A stretch of 64,000 nt of DNA from Dehalococcoidia bacterium UBA6926 (GCA_002450835.1 DKAM01000019.1:5991-69990); one strand, 5' to 3'. Shown: positions 48,346 to 59,066, counted from the first letter of the stretch. Notes: generated from the sequence alone by a model not told the origin. Numbers and translations: made by a program.

Positions 48346-49284
48346 ATGGTGGAAGAGACTGAGGAAACCCCGGTAGAAAAATTGGACGTAGAGTCTAATC
48401 GAGTGGCTGAAACGGATTCAACAGAACCCGAAAATGCGATCGTAACAGATTCAAAAGAGTCCGAAGAGGCGACTCAAACAGATTCAACAGAGCCTGAAAA
48501 AGTTACTATGAAACTTTTGCTTGAAGCTGGGGTGCATTTTGGGCATCAAACAAAGCGATGGCATCCCAAAATGAAGCCTTTTGTATTTACTGAGCGTAAT
48601 GGTATTCACATTATAGATTTGCAAAAAACTCTTAAACGCCTAGAACTTGCAGCAGAATTTATTGAGACTATTAGTAAAGAGGGCAAAAACGTATTATTTG
48701 TGGGCACTAAAAAACAAGCTCAAGACACTATAAAGGCGGAAGCCGAACGGTCAGAAATGCCGTACGTTACTCACCGATGGCTCGGTGGTACTCTCACCAA
48801 TTTTGCTACGATCCGTCAACGAATTTCGTATTTGCTTCTTCAAGAGGACAGGAAAGAAAAAGGTGAATTTGCCTATTTACCTAAAAAAGAGTCAGGAAAA
48901 ATTGAAGACCAAATTGCAAAATTAAATAGGCAATTAGGCGGGATTAAAGATATGAACGAGTTACCAGGTGCTATGTATGTGATAGATGCGGCTCGTGAAG
49001 GAATTGCTATAGCAGAGGCGCGCAAACTTGGAATTCCAGTTGTTGCAATAGCTGATACAGATTGCAATGTTGATTTGATAGATTACCCAATTCCGGGCAA
49101 CGATGATGCCATTCGAGCTATTAAACTTATGACTGAAACTATTTCACAGTCTGTCATACAAGGAAGAAGGCAGGCAGAAGAAGAGAGATTGCGATTGGCA
49201 TCTTTAGTTGGAGCAGAAATGCCAGAACAGGATATTACTGAATCTGAGCTACAATCGGAAACAGCTGATCAAGAAAGTAACTAA
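48346..49284 (+). CDS. rpsB: 30S ribosomal protein S2 with ~54-aa acidic N-terminal extension
   Basis: Core MKLLLEAGVHFGHQTKRWHPKM begins at the internal Met (48508). Upstream in-frame acidic repeat (TDSTEPE x2) runs from ATG 48346, which has a GAGGAAGG Shine-Dalgarno sequence. Acidic C-terminal tail. Confidence 0.9.
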   Translation: MVEETEETPVEKLDVESNRVAETDSTEPENAIVTDSKESEEATQTDSTEPEKVTMKLLLEAGVHFGHQTKRWHPKMKPFVFTERNGIHIIDLQKTLKRLELAAEFIETISKEGKNVLFVGTKKQAQDTIKAEAERSEMPYVTHRWLGGTLTNFATIRQRISYLLLQEDRKEKGEFAYLPKKESGKIEDQIAKLNRQLGGIKDMNELPGAMYVIDAAREGIAIAEARKLGIPVVAIADTDCNVDLIDYPIPGNDDAIRAIKLMTETISQSVIQGRRQAEEERLRLASLVGAEMPEQDITESELQSETADQESN

Positions 49285-49327
49285 TCAAATATTCAGAGCA
49301 CTATCATAATCAAGGAGATAAATAACA

Positions 49328-49834
49328 GTGGTTGTCACAACGGAAATAATTAGAGATTTACGGGCTAAAACTGGAGCAGGAGTAATGGATTGTAAAAGAG
49401 CTCTAGAAGAGTCTGAAGGAGATATGGATAGAGCTACATCTCTTTTAAAAGAGTGGGGAATCTCCGCAGTCCAAAAAAAATCTTCCCGTGATGCTAATCA
49501 AGGGGTTGTCGAAACCTACATCCATGCCGGCGGGCGTATAGGAGTTATATTGGAATTGAACTGTGAGACTGATTTCGTCGCGAGGACTCCTGAGTTTCTC
49601 ACTTTGGCTCATGATCTCGCTCTTCAGATAGCTAGTATGGATCCTCAATCGGTAGATGACGAAAAAACAGATGTTGGTTATAAAGACTCTGACGGAGAAA
49701 CTAGGTTGATGCATCAAGATTTTATAAAAGATCCCAATCAAACCGTTAGTGACTTGATAACTGAGGCAGTATCTAGGATCGGCGAAAATATTGTGGTCAG
49801 ACGGTTCACTAGGTACGAATTAGGGAAATCATAA
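49328..49834 (+). CDS. tsf: Elongation factor Ts (short form)
   Basis: IRDLRAKTGAGVMDCKRAL UBA-like N-terminus and ETDFVART core. GTG start with an AAGGAG Shine-Dalgarno sequence upstream. Confidence 0.85.
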   Translation: MVVTTEIIRDLRAKTGAGVMDCKRALEESEGDMDRATSLLKEWGISAVQKKSSRDANQGVVETYIHAGGRIGVILELNCETDFVARTPEFLTLAHDLALQIASMDPQSVDDEKTDVGYKDSDGETRLMHQDFIKDPNQTVSDLITEAVSRIGENIVVRRFTRYELGKS

Positions 49835-49849
49835 CGGAAGTAGACCGGG

Positions 49850-50566
49850 GTGGATATCTCAACTTACAAAAGAGTTCTCCTGAAAATAAGTGGCGAATCC
49901 TTGATGGGATCTCGAGCTTTTGGTATTGACGTAGATATTGTCTCAAGCATTTCAAATCAAGTTAAGTCCATCCGAGATAGAGATGTAGAAGTTGCTATCG
50001 TAGTAGGTGGCGGTAATATGTGGAGAGGGGCGACAGCAGAAGAAGCGGGTATGGATAGAGCTACGGCAGACTATGCTGGGATGTTAGCCACAGTAATAAA
50101 TGGTTTAGCACTGCAGGATGGTCTGGAGCAGGCCGGTGTGACTACAAGAATTCAGACTGCAATTACAATTCAAGCTGTCGCGGAGCCTTATATTAGGCGT
50201 AGGGCGATCAGGCATATGGAGAAAGGTCGTGTTGTGATATTTGTGGCTGGCACCGGTAATCCTTATGTCACTACGGATACTGCTGCTGCTCTAAGGTCAA
50301 TAGAAGTAGGAGCCGATATTTTACTTATGGCAAAGAACCAAGTTGACGGAGTCTATGATGCTGATCCAAATGCCGTAAAAGAAGCTAAGAAATATGAAAA
50401 ACTAACTTATATGGAAGCTTTAAATCAGAGGTTGGGTATAATGGATAGCACTGCCTTATCCTTATGTATGGAGAACGATTTGCCTATCATTGTATTTGAT
50501 CTTTTTGCTATAGGGAGTTTAAATAACATTCTTGATGGGTCCTCCGAGGGCACATATATAGGCTGA
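49850..50566 (+). CDS. pyrH: UMP kinase
   Basis: [33 protein letters not shown] motifs. Confidence 0.9.
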   Translation: MDISTYKRVLLKISGESLMGSRAFGIDVDIVSSISNQVKSIRDRDVEVAIVVGGGNMWRGATAEEAGMDRATADYAGMLATVINGLALQDGLEQAGVTTRIQTAITIQAVAEPYIRRRAIRHMEKGRVVIFVAGTGNPYVTTDTAAALRSIEVGADILLMAKNQVDGVYDADPNAVKEAKKYEKLTYMEALNQRLGIMDSTALSLCMENDLPIIVFDLFAIGSLNNILDGSSEGTYIG

Positions 50567-50583
50567 TAAGTCTATGAATTTAT

Positions 50584-51162
50584 GTGAAAGGTATTATTAT
50601 GACGATGACGGAATTATTGATTGATGATGCTGATCAAAGGATGAGGAAGACGCGTACTGTTCTTGAAAAAGAGTTGAGTTCAATTAGAACTGGTAGAGCA
50701 AATTCTGCTCTTGTGGAAGGCCTTACCGTTGACTACTACGGCACCCCTACCCCAATTATACAAGTTGCTACAGTCAACGTTCCTGAGGCACGTTTAATAA
50801 CGATTCAGCCGTGGGATAAAGGAATCGTACAAGCTATAGAAAAAACTATTTTACAATCCGATTTAGGTATATCCCCTGCAGTGGATGGAGATCTTATTCG
50901 GCTTCCCATCCCAAATTTAACCTCTGAACGTAGGAAAGAAATCGCGAAAATTGTTAGATCTAAAACAGAATCTGAGAAGGTTTCGTTAAGGAATGTTCGG
51001 CGAGATGTGTTGGATCAAATGAAGAAATTGGTTAAGGATAAAGAAGTTTCTGAGGACGAAGCAAAGCGGGCTAGTGACGCGATCCAAAAATTAACTGATA
51101 AATACTCCGGTGATATAGATAGTATGGGTGCTGCCAAAGAAGCAGAAGTCATGGAAGTATAG
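50584..51162 (+). CDS. frr: Ribosome recycling factor
   Basis: LSSIRTGRANSALVEGL and RNVRRD motifs. Start may be at the MTM codons a few residues in. Confidence 0.9.
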   Translation: MKGIIMTMTELLIDDADQRMRKTRTVLEKELSSIRTGRANSALVEGLTVDYYGTPTPIIQVATVNVPEARLITIQPWDKGIVQAIEKTILQSDLGISPAVDGDLIRLPIPNLTSERRKEIAKIVRSKTESEKVSLRNVRRDVLDQMKKLVKDKEVSEDEAKRASDAIQKLTDKYSGDIDSMGAAKEAEVMEV

Positions 51163-51225
51163 ATTTTTTGTTGCCAGGTTTGAGATTAAAATTAAATGTG
51201 CCTTGGGGATTAAGAGACGTAGCTA

Positions 51226-51921
51226 ATGGCCAATTCTGAAATACCAGAACATGTAGCAGTTATTATGGACGGTAATGGCCGATGGGCCTCTAATAATGGA
51301 TTGCCCCGCATACAGGGACATAAAGCTGGGCTAGAGAACATAGATCGAGTCATAATTGCTTTTAGAGATGCTGGAGTTAAGTACGCCACTTTTTATACAT
51401 TCTCTACCGAAAATTGGTCGCGTCCAGAAAAAGAAGTAGAAGGTCTTATAGAATTACTCTATGACTCGTTGACACGAAACATTGATTTTTTGATCAAAGA
51501 AGGTATAAGGCTAACCCATTTGGGGAGGACGGAAAACCTTCCCCAGCATGTTGTTGATTTAATAAACGAGACGATCGAATCCACTAAGAAAAACAGTAGG
51601 ATTACTGTTTCTATAGCTTTTGACTACGGTGGAAGGCATGAAATATTGCGAGCTGTTAAAATGTTGATTCAACAAGGGTTATCCGCCACAGATATTACAG
51701 AAAAAATATTTGGATCTAATTTATATACAAAAGAATTGCCTGATCCCGATTTGATAATTAGGACTGGTGGCGAAATGAGATTAAGCAATTTCTTAATATG
51801 GCAATCAGCGTATTCTGAGTTTTATACTAGCCCAGTTTTGTGGCCGGATTTCGGGCCTCCCGAAGTGAAATTGGCGATCTCAGAATATAAAGCCAGAGAT
51901 AGAAGATTTGGTGGAATATAA
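51226..51921 (+). CDS. uppS: Undecaprenyl diphosphate synthase (cis-prenyltransferase)
   Basis: HVAVIMDGNGRWA and FSTENWSRP motifs. Confidence 0.9.
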   Translation: MANSEIPEHVAVIMDGNGRWASNNGLPRIQGHKAGLENIDRVIIAFRDAGVKYATFYTFSTENWSRPEKEVEGLIELLYDSLTRNIDFLIKEGIRLTHLGRTENLPQHVVDLINETIESTKKNSRITVSIAFDYGGRHEILRAVKMLIQQGLSATDITEKIFGSNLYTKELPDPDLIIRTGGEMRLSNFLIWQSAYSEFYTSPVLWPDFGPPEVKLAISEYKARDRRFGGI

Positions 51922-51943
51922 TACATTCGACCTGCGAGGTATA

Positions 51944-52813
51944 ATGAAACTCCTAGAATCCAATTTTTCTCGACGTCTTATCGTAACCGTCTTTGGTATT
52001 CCCTTGATATTGGCAATCATTATCGCCGGATCGTTGCCTCTTTATTTATTCATCAATCTAATAGTTTTAATTTCATTATTTGAGATTAAAAAACTTCTAA
52101 ATAATAGTAATGTCCAATTATCTCCCTACTTATTTGTCCCCTTAACTATAGGAATAATCTATTTAATAACAAATGGAGAAGGATATGTTAGGAATTCCAT
52201 TTTCATTACTTCTATTATTTTTATAGGAATTGCTGCTGCTGTTTTAACTAATAAACTTTCCCCCTCTCAACAGAGCAAACTAGAGAACAGACTTCAAATT
52301 AAATTAATTGACGTATACCATCCCATCAAAAATTTTCTAATTACCTTTTCAGCCATATTGATAATCTCAGTCCCCTTATCTTACGGAATTTTGTTGAAAC
52401 AATTGCCTTTGGGTACAGAATTGCTTCTGACAACAATATTCGGCATTTTCGCGTTTGATACCGGAGCTTACGTCTTTGGCACAATTTTAGGTAAAAATAA
52501 AATGGCCCCTTTAATAAGTCCGGGGAAAACATGGGAAGGCGCAATTTTTGGCACGGTCACTAGTCTAGCTACTGTATTTGCATTTAATAGCATTTTGGGG
52601 GTTGGCCTTAATCCATTAATTACCATCATACTGGGGACCATTATTGTATTGCTTGGTCAAAGTGGAGACCTTTTGGAATCCTACTTCAAGCGTAAGATGA
52701 AATCAAAGGATTCAGGTAGACTTCTGCCAGGCCACGGCGGGGTTTTAGATCGAATTGATTCAATTGTTATTGTTCTTCCAGCTGTTTATTATTGGTTACT
52801 ATTGTGGGTATGA
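51944..52813 (+). CDS. cdsA: Phosphatidate cytidylyltransferase
   Basis: C-terminal SGDLLESYFKRKMKSKDSGRLLPGHGGVLDRIDS signature. Start at ATG 51944 with a GAGG Shine-Dalgarno sequence 7 nt upstream (the longer ORF from 51908 overlaps uppS). Confidence 0.8.
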   Translation: MKLLESNFSRRLIVTVFGIPLILAIIIAGSLPLYLFINLIVLISLFEIKKLLNNSNVQLSPYLFVPLTIGIIYLITNGEGYVRNSIFITSIIFIGIAAAVLTNKLSPSQQSKLENRLQIKLIDVYHPIKNFLITFSAILIISVPLSYGILLKQLPLGTELLLTTIFGIFAFDTGAYVFGTILGKNKMAPLISPGKTWEGAIFGTVTSLATVFAFNSILGVGLNPLITIILGTIIVLLGQSGDLLESYFKRKMKSKDSGRLLPGHGGVLDRIDSIVIVLPAVYYWLLLWV

Positions 52814-53958
52814 AAAAGAATATTGCGGTTCTCGGTTCAACTGGATCGATAGGAACTCAAACTTTGGCCATAGTTAGAGATAACCCTGACCTTTTTTCTA
52901 TAACTGCTCTAACGGCAGGTAATATGTCAGAGCTTTTTGCTGCTCAGGTGGATGAATTTTTTCCTAACAAGGTTAGTCTACAAAACGGTAACATTAGTAC
53001 TTCAAACCATAATTTTGAAATTGAAATAGTTGATACCGATACAATTGTTTCTGATTCTGACGTAGATATCATTGTTATCGCTATCCCGGGGTTAGCCGCT
53101 CTAAAACCGACTCTAAAAGCTTTGGAGCAGGATAAAACTGTAGCACTTGCTAGCAAGGAAGTTTTAGTTGTCGCAGGCGAAATTATTGAACCTAGCATCA
53201 GATTCCCTTTTACAAAAGTACTTCCTTTAGATAGTGAGCATAGTGCGATCTGGCAAAGTCTTCGTGGTGAGGTGGGATTAGAGAATCACTTAAGTAAATT
53301 GATCCTAACGGCTTCCGGGGGGCCGTTCAGAGGAATGGATGCTTCCTCGGTTCGTGATGTAACTCCTCAAAGAGCCTTGGAACACCCGACATGGAGGATG
53401 GGATCCAAAGTCACTATAGACTCTGCTACGCTCATGAATAAAGCATTTGAGGTTATTGAAGCACATTGGCTTTTTGATGTTAGCTATACCGATATTGAAG
53501 TACTAGTGCATCCTCAGAGTATCGTACACTCGATAGTAGAATTTACGGATGGGACACTTAAAACACAGTTATCTATGCCGGATATGCGATTACCTATTCA
53601 ATACGCTCTGGGTTACCCAGACCGGCTCCCCAGGCCTTCGAGTTTCCCTTCTCGAGAAATCTATGAAATGCCTACATTTACATTTGAAGCTTTAGACGAA
53701 GATACATTTCCGTGCTTCAGGATTGGATTGGAGGCTGGGATGCGTAAAGGAACATACCCAGCTGTTCTCAATGCTGCTGATGAGGAAGCTGTAAAATTTT
53801 TCTTGCAAGGTAAGGTGCCATTCTATGGTATTTCAGACTTGATAGAAGAGACTCTTGGTAAACATAACTCTGTACCTAACCCTGATCTCGAAGATATATT
53901 GGAGTCAGATGCTTGGGCCAGAAATCAAACAAGAGAAATAGTGATGAAGAGATACTGA
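52810..53958 (+). CDS. dxr: 1-deoxy-D-xylulose 5-phosphate reductoisomerase
   Basis: KNIAVLGSTGSIGTQTL NADPH motif. ATG overlaps the cdsA stop (ATGA). Confidence 0.9.
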   Translation: MKKNIAVLGSTGSIGTQTLAIVRDNPDLFSITALTAGNMSELFAAQVDEFFPNKVSLQNGNISTSNHNFEIEIVDTDTIVSDSDVDIIVIAIPGLAALKPTLKALEQDKTVALASKEVLVVAGEIIEPSIRFPFTKVLPLDSEHSAIWQSLRGEVGLENHLSKLILTASGGPFRGMDASSVRDVTPQRALEHPTWRMGSKVTIDSATLMNKAFEVIEAHWLFDVSYTDIEVLVHPQSIVHSIVEFTDGTLKTQLSMPDMRLPIQYALGYPDRLPRPSSFPSREIYEMPTFTFEALDEDTFPCFRIGLEAGMRKGTYPAVLNAADEEAVKFFLQGKVPFYGISDLIEETLGKHNSVPNPDLEDILESDAWARNQTREIVMKRY

Positions 53959-53961
53959 TTA

Positions 53962-55002
53962 ATGTCAATTGTGCTAAACATATTTATATTTCTGATAGTT
54001 TTAACTGTTTTGGTACTCGTCCATGAGCTTGGTCACTATTGGTCTGCTCGGAGATTGGGTATAACTGTAGAAGAGTTCGGTTTAGGTTTCCCTCCTAGAT
54101 TTAGATCGATCAAACATAAAGGGACAATCTACTCACTGAATTATTTGCCTCTCGGTGGGTTCGTTCGGCTAAAAGGCGAATCCGACCCTACAATCTCAGA
54201 TGGATTTGCCTCAAAAGGTGTTTTGAAAAGATTCCTTGTGATATTTGCGGGGCCAGCTATGAATTTTGTTTTAGCAATTATTCTTTTTTCGGTTTTAGCT
54301 ACTGCGACAGACCGTATTGATTCGGCAGATATTGTAATAGGGGCTGTGTCTAAAGATTCTCCTGCAGAGTTAGCTGGTATAAAGAAAGGTGATATTTTAA
54401 CTTCCATAGGCGGGGTAAATTTGGACGATCCCAAAGATTTTTCGAAAGCATTTAATTTAGAGCCAGATGAAATAACAAAAATTTTCGTGAGTAGAAATTT
54501 TGAAACGAAAGAGTTTTCGCTAGTACCAAGATCGAACCCACCTGTTGGTGAAGGACCGATGGGTATAGAGGTAAGTTTGATAAATGTGATTTACGAAGAA
54601 GTTGCAATATGGCAATCTCCGTACTACGGGATTGTTCTAGCTTGGGATAATACATTTTTGATATATACAGAAATTGGTAAATGGATTTCTGGATCAAAGA
54701 CACCTGAAATAACGGGTCCAGTAGGGATTGCACAAATCACTGGTGAAGCTGCACAAGCAGGTCTGTTGCCATTGGTTTATTTGGTTGCCATGTTGAGTTT
54801 GAATTTAGGGATATTAAATTTATTGCCCATACCGGCATTAGATGGAGGAAGGATACCGTTTTTGTTTTTGGAACTAATTAGAAATGGAAAACGGATACCT
54901 CCTAGCAGAGAAAGAATCGTACATGCGATGGGGTTTGCGTTTTTAATAAGCTTAATAATCTTCGTAACATTGGGTGTGGACATACCTAGATTATTAAACT
55001 GA
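53962..55002 (+). CDS. rseP: RIP site-2 metalloprotease (M50) with PDZ domain
   Basis: HELGHYW zinc motif, internal PDZ, C-terminal LDGG motif region. Confidence 0.85.
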   Translation: MSIVLNIFIFLIVLTVLVLVHELGHYWSARRLGITVEEFGLGFPPRFRSIKHKGTIYSLNYLPLGGFVRLKGESDPTISDGFASKGVLKRFLVIFAGPAMNFVLAIILFSVLATATDRIDSADIVIGAVSKDSPAELAGIKKGDILTSIGGVNLDDPKDFSKAFNLEPDEITKIFVSRNFETKEFSLVPRSNPPVGEGPMGIEVSLINVIYEEVAIWQSPYYGIVLAWDNTFLIYTEIGKWISGSKTPEITGPVGIAQITGEAAQAGLLPLVYLVAMLSLNLGILNLLPIPALDGGRIPFLFLELIRNGKRIPPSRERIVHAMGFAFLISLIIFVTLGVDIPRLLN

Positions 55003-55058
55003 ATCATTAGATACTGGAAATGTGTTTGCATTTACTAGTAGAATATGGCTTATAGATT

Positions 55059-56195
55059 ATGTTCGAACGAAGATTAACTAACCAGATTGCAATAGGAGAT
55101 ACCGTCATCGGCGGTGACGCTCCAATATCTGTTCAATCAATGACAAAGACTGATACTAGGGACATAAAAAGCACAATCCGACAAATTAAAGAACTAGAAG
55201 ATGCCGGCTGTGAAATTATTCGTTGTGCTGTGCCTGACTTAGAAGCGGCAGATGCACTAGCGGAGATCAAGAAGAACATTAGTATACCTCTTGTTGCGGA
55301 CATTCATTTTCACCATAATCTTGCATTGAAATCAATAGAAAATGGGGTTGATGCGTTGCGGTTAAACCCAGGAAATATTAGGGATTCGGATAAAGTTCGT
55401 GAGGTAGTGAAAGCAGCAAAAACACGATCTATTCCTATAAGGATAGGTGTTAATTTTGGCAGTTTGCCACCTATAGGAGGAATTGGTAAAACTGGTGATT
55501 TCCATAGACTTGCTGATGGGGTAAACAAGCTTGCAAAAGATAGTAAGGAAACGGATGCTGAATACAATGTTGTAGACCACATGGTTAATACGGCGTTGTG
55601 GGAAGTTGCAATACTAGAAGACATGGATTTTGATCAAATAAAAATATCTGTTAAAGGTTTTGATGTTCCTATGACTGTGGATGCATACACGAGATTATCT
55701 GATAAGGTTGATTACCCCTTGCATTTGGGTATAACCGAAGCAGGGACTCCTCTAAACGGCTCTATAAGGAGTGCCGTAGGACTTGGAACTTTGCTGGCAA
55801 TGGGAATCGGGGATACCATAAGGGTATCGCTCGCAGGTGATCCTGTATTAGAAGTTGAAGCCGGTTATGAGATACTTAAATCCCTTAATCTGCGTAATAA
55901 AGGTGTAACACTGGTTGCCTGCCCTTCTTGCGGACGGGCTGATGTAGACATCGTGAAGTATGCCAACATGGTTGACGAAGCATTGAAAAAATTTGATAAA
56001 CCCATAAAGGTAGCGGTAATGGGATGCGAGGTTAATGGGCCAGGCGAAGCTAAAGACGCTGATATTGGTATAGCCGCCGGAGTTGGCAGAGGAATCATAT
56101 TCAGGAAAGGGCAAAAAGTTAAGGTAGTTCCTGAATCCGAATTCCTCCCTGCTTTGATTGAAGAGATGGAGAAGATTGACCTGGAATCAAAATGA
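55059..56195 (+). CDS. ispG: 4-hydroxy-3-methylbut-2-en-1-yl diphosphate synthase
   Basis: GcpE pattern incl. CPSCGR and GCEVNGPGE Fe-S ligand motifs. Confidence 0.9.
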   Translation: MFERRLTNQIAIGDTVIGGDAPISVQSMTKTDTRDIKSTIRQIKELEDAGCEIIRCAVPDLEAADALAEIKKNISIPLVADIHFHHNLALKSIENGVDALRLNPGNIRDSDKVREVVKAAKTRSIPIRIGVNFGSLPPIGGIGKTGDFHRLADGVNKLAKDSKETDAEYNVVDHMVNTALWEVAILEDMDFDQIKISVKGFDVPMTVDAYTRLSDKVDYPLHLGITEAGTPLNGSIRSAVGLGTLLAMGIGDTIRVSLAGDPVLEVEAGYEILKSLNLRNKGVTLVACPSCGRADVDIVKYANMVDEALKKFDKPIKVAVMGCEVNGPGEAKDADIGIAAGVGRGIIFRKGQKVKVVPESEFLPALIEEMEKIDLESK

Positions 56196-56220
56196 ACGAT
56201 TCAAGTGTCAGTAAAAAATT

Positions 56221-57921
56221 ATGAGGATCTCCCAGTTATTCGGAAAAACACTACGAGAAGATCCTGCCGATGCAGATACGAGCAGTCATAGGCTTCTAAT
56301 CAAAGCGGGGTTTATAAACCAACTGGTTTCAGGAGTTTATAGCTATTTACCTTTGGCTTTGCGTTCATTAAAAAAGATTGAAACTATAATAAGAGAAGAA
56401 ATGAATTTGGCCGGCGCCCAAGAAATTTTATTGCCCACATTACAGCCTGAAGAAATTTGGAAACGAAGTGGTAGATCAGTAGCTTTTGGAGAAACACTTT
56501 TTAAGTTGAAAGATAGAAGAGATCGTGATTTGGTGTTGGGCCCTACCCATGAAGAAGTGATAACCGAGCTGGTTAAAGGCCACATAAGAAGTTACCGAGA
56601 TCTCCCCGTAAATCTTTACCAAATTCAAACAAAACTTCGTGATGAGGCTCGACCACGAGCCGGCTTGATAAGAGTGAGAGAGTTTGCAATGAAAGATGCG
56701 TACTCTTTCCACTCAACCCAAGAAGATCTTGATAAAACGTATGATGGAATGGTTAGCGCATATCAAAGTATTTTTAGCCGATGCGGATTGGATGTCAGAG
56801 CTGTTGATGCCGATAGTGGCGCCATTGGAGGAAAGGACTCCCAGGAATTTATATTGCTGACTGACACTGGAGAAGATGAAATTGTTTTGTGTGGTAGCTG
56901 TGACTATGCAGCTAACATGGAAAAAGCTCAATCTAATATCGAACGCGTTATAGACGATACAAAAGGTGGGCTGAAAGAAGTTTATACTCCGGGCATAAAA
57001 ACGATAGATGCTTTAAGTAAAGAGTTCCATGTGCCCCAAACAAAAATATTAAAAAGTGTTGCTTATGTTGCTGATGGTGCCTTGGTATTAGTTATGATCA
57101 GAGGTGATTTGGACGTTAATGAAACTAAACTGGTCAATTATCTGGGAGCACAAAACATACATATCGCAACCGATGTTGAGTTACGTGAGGAAGGCCTAAT
57201 TCCTGGTTTCATATCTCCTTTAGGACTGGAAGGTGTGAGAGTTGTCGGAGATCACTCTGTGGTATCAGAAGTAGATGTTATCGTCGGAGCCAATAGAGAA
57301 GATTACCATTACACCGGTGCTCGCCACGGATTTGATTTCACAATAGCTGAATCCATTGATTTGAATAGGGTTCAAGAGGGACATGAATGCGTAGAATGTG
57401 GAGGTAAATTAACCATAAACAAGGGTGTTGAAGTCGGTCATGTGTTTAAATTGGGGACGAAATTCAGTGAAACCTTTGGAGCTACTTTTTTGGATAGTGA
57501 CGGAACGGAAAAGCCGATGGTCATGGGGTGCTATGGAATAGGAGTTGGTCGAATTCTAGGGGCAGCGGTTGAAAGTAACCATGACGATAAAGGGATTGTT
57601 TTCCCTAAAGCTATATCTCCAGCTCAAGTAATAATAGTTGCATTAAATACCGATGATGCAACAGTTGATGCGGCTGCAAATCTGCTTTATGAAACCCTTA
57701 TCGGACAAGGGATTGAAGTTATCATAGATGATCGAGATGAATCACCGGGTGTTAAATTTGCTGACGCTGATTTAATAGGCATCCCGTTCAGAGCCACTAT
57801 AAGCGCTCGATCTATAAAGAATGGTAATACAGTGGAAATAAAAAACCGAATGGATGGGAACGACCAATTAATTCATCTTCCTCTTGATGATGTGGGGAAA
57901 ATAATAGAGGCGGTCACGTAG
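56221..57921 (+). CDS. proS: Proline--tRNA ligase (bacterial type with editing domain)
   Basis: Class II motifs, INS editing domain, C-terminal anticodon-binding domain. Confidence 0.9.
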   Translation: MRISQLFGKTLREDPADADTSSHRLLIKAGFINQLVSGVYSYLPLALRSLKKIETIIREEMNLAGAQEILLPTLQPEEIWKRSGRSVAFGETLFKLKDRRDRDLVLGPTHEEVITELVKGHIRSYRDLPVNLYQIQTKLRDEARPRAGLIRVREFAMKDAYSFHSTQEDLDKTYDGMVSAYQSIFSRCGLDVRAVDADSGAIGGKDSQEFILLTDTGEDEIVLCGSCDYAANMEKAQSNIERVIDDTKGGLKEVYTPGIKTIDALSKEFHVPQTKILKSVAYVADGALVLVMIRGDLDVNETKLVNYLGAQNIHIATDVELREEGLIPGFISPLGLEGVRVVGDHSVVSEVDVIVGANREDYHYTGARHGFDFTIAESIDLNRVQEGHECVECGGKLTINKGVEVGHVFKLGTKFSETFGATFLDSDGTEKPMVMGCYGIGVGRILGAAVESNHDDKGIVFPKAISPAQVIIVALNTDDATVDAAANLLYETLIGQGIEVIIDDRDESPGVKFADADLIGIPFRATISARSIKNGNTVEIKNRMDGNDQLIHLPLDDVGKIIEAVT

Positions 57922-57931
57922 AGATAATACT

Positions 57932-58309
57932 ATGGCTAATCAAAATGAAGGAGATAAAGAGCAAAAACTTTCTTCATGGGGATTAGTGCAGCCGGCTGTA
58001 TTGATACTTATCATGGAGGAACCTCGGCACGGTTATGCGTTGTTGGAAGAATTGAAGACTAGAGGTTTCCTGCCGAATTCTGCCGATGGAGGCAATGTAT
58101 ATAGGGGATTAAGGAAAATGGAGGCTGAGGGAAAAGTAATTTCTCGGTGGGTTCATTTTGATGGTAAAGGCCCTCGACGCCGCATTTATCAGATCACACA
58201 AAAAGGTAAAGATTCTCTTTATGAGGAAGCTCTTGGTTTGGCTGAACGTGCTAAATTCATTGAACTTTTTTTATCACAGTTCAGAAGAATTTTTTCGAAC
58301 GAATTATAA
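57932..58309 (+). CDS. PadR family transcriptional regulator
   Basis: LILIMEEPRHGYALLEEL and GNVYRGLRKMEAEG winged-helix PadR signature. Confidence 0.8.
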   Translation: MANQNEGDKEQKLSSWGLVQPAVLILIMEEPRHGYALLEELKTRGFLPNSADGGNVYRGLRKMEAEGKVISRWVHFDGKGPRRRIYQITQKGKDSLYEEALGLAERAKFIELFLSQFRRIFSNEL

Positions 58310-58343
58310 TCGCTAGCCTCTCTATAAGTTTGGATTTATATTT

Positions 58344-59066
58344 ATGGTACAAAAAAGTAAACTAATTTTCCCTGAAATATCTTGGGGTATTAAAGAGGCT
58401 TTATTTGCTGTTTTGGTTAGTATTGCGGGCCCGATTGTCGCTTCGATAGGGATTGGATATGCCCTAAGTAGTATCTCCAGTATCTCTGATGGCTACCCAC
58501 TGATGGAACTTTACGTATTACTGATGAGTTTTATGGCGCAAATAATTATGCTGAGTTCAGTTTGGTTTTTAGCTTTTCACAACAAGAAGTTGAGTCTTAA
58601 TAAATTAGGGATAAAGAAACCAGATGCTCACCTATTTTTACGATTTGTGCCCGCTGCGGTGTTATTAACTCTTCTTGTTCCTGTTTTATATTCTATAGGA
58701 ATATCTTTGCTTAATATGAACTATTTACAGCCGGCAAGTTTACCGGAATCGATAGTTTCAAATCGAGTGTCGGTATTGATTTTCGCGACTATGGCAGTAT
58801 TTGTTGCCCCGTTTGTTGAAGAAGTATTTTTTCGTGGATTTATTTACCCAGCTATAGCCAATAAGTATGGGGTTATCGTGTCTGCTGTTTTAACTTCGAT
58901 CCTGTTTGGTTTGGCACATATTGTTGCGGCAAATGCAATCATCGCATTTTTTATTGGTTTGATACTGGTTTATGTGTATCATCAGACTACTAATCTGCTG
59001 GCACCAATTTTGGTCCACTCAGCCTTTAACCAGATTAGTGTGATTATAATAATGGTAAGTTTATGA
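58344..59066 (+). CDS. CPBP (CAAX-protease/bacteriocin-processing) family intramembrane metalloprotease
   Basis: EEVFFRGFIY (EExxxR) and FGLAHI (FxxxH) motifs. Multiple TMs. Confidence 0.75.
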   Translation: MVQKSKLIFPEISWGIKEALFAVLVSIAGPIVASIGIGYALSSISSISDGYPLMELYVLLMSFMAQIIMLSSVWFLAFHNKKLSLNKLGIKKPDAHLFLRFVPAAVLLTLLVPVLYSIGISLLNMNYLQPASLPESIVSNRVSVLIFATMAVFVAPFVEEVFFRGFIYPAIANKYGVIVSAVLTSILFGLAHIVAANAIIAFFIGLILVYVYHQTTNLLAPILVHSAFNQISVIIIMVSL

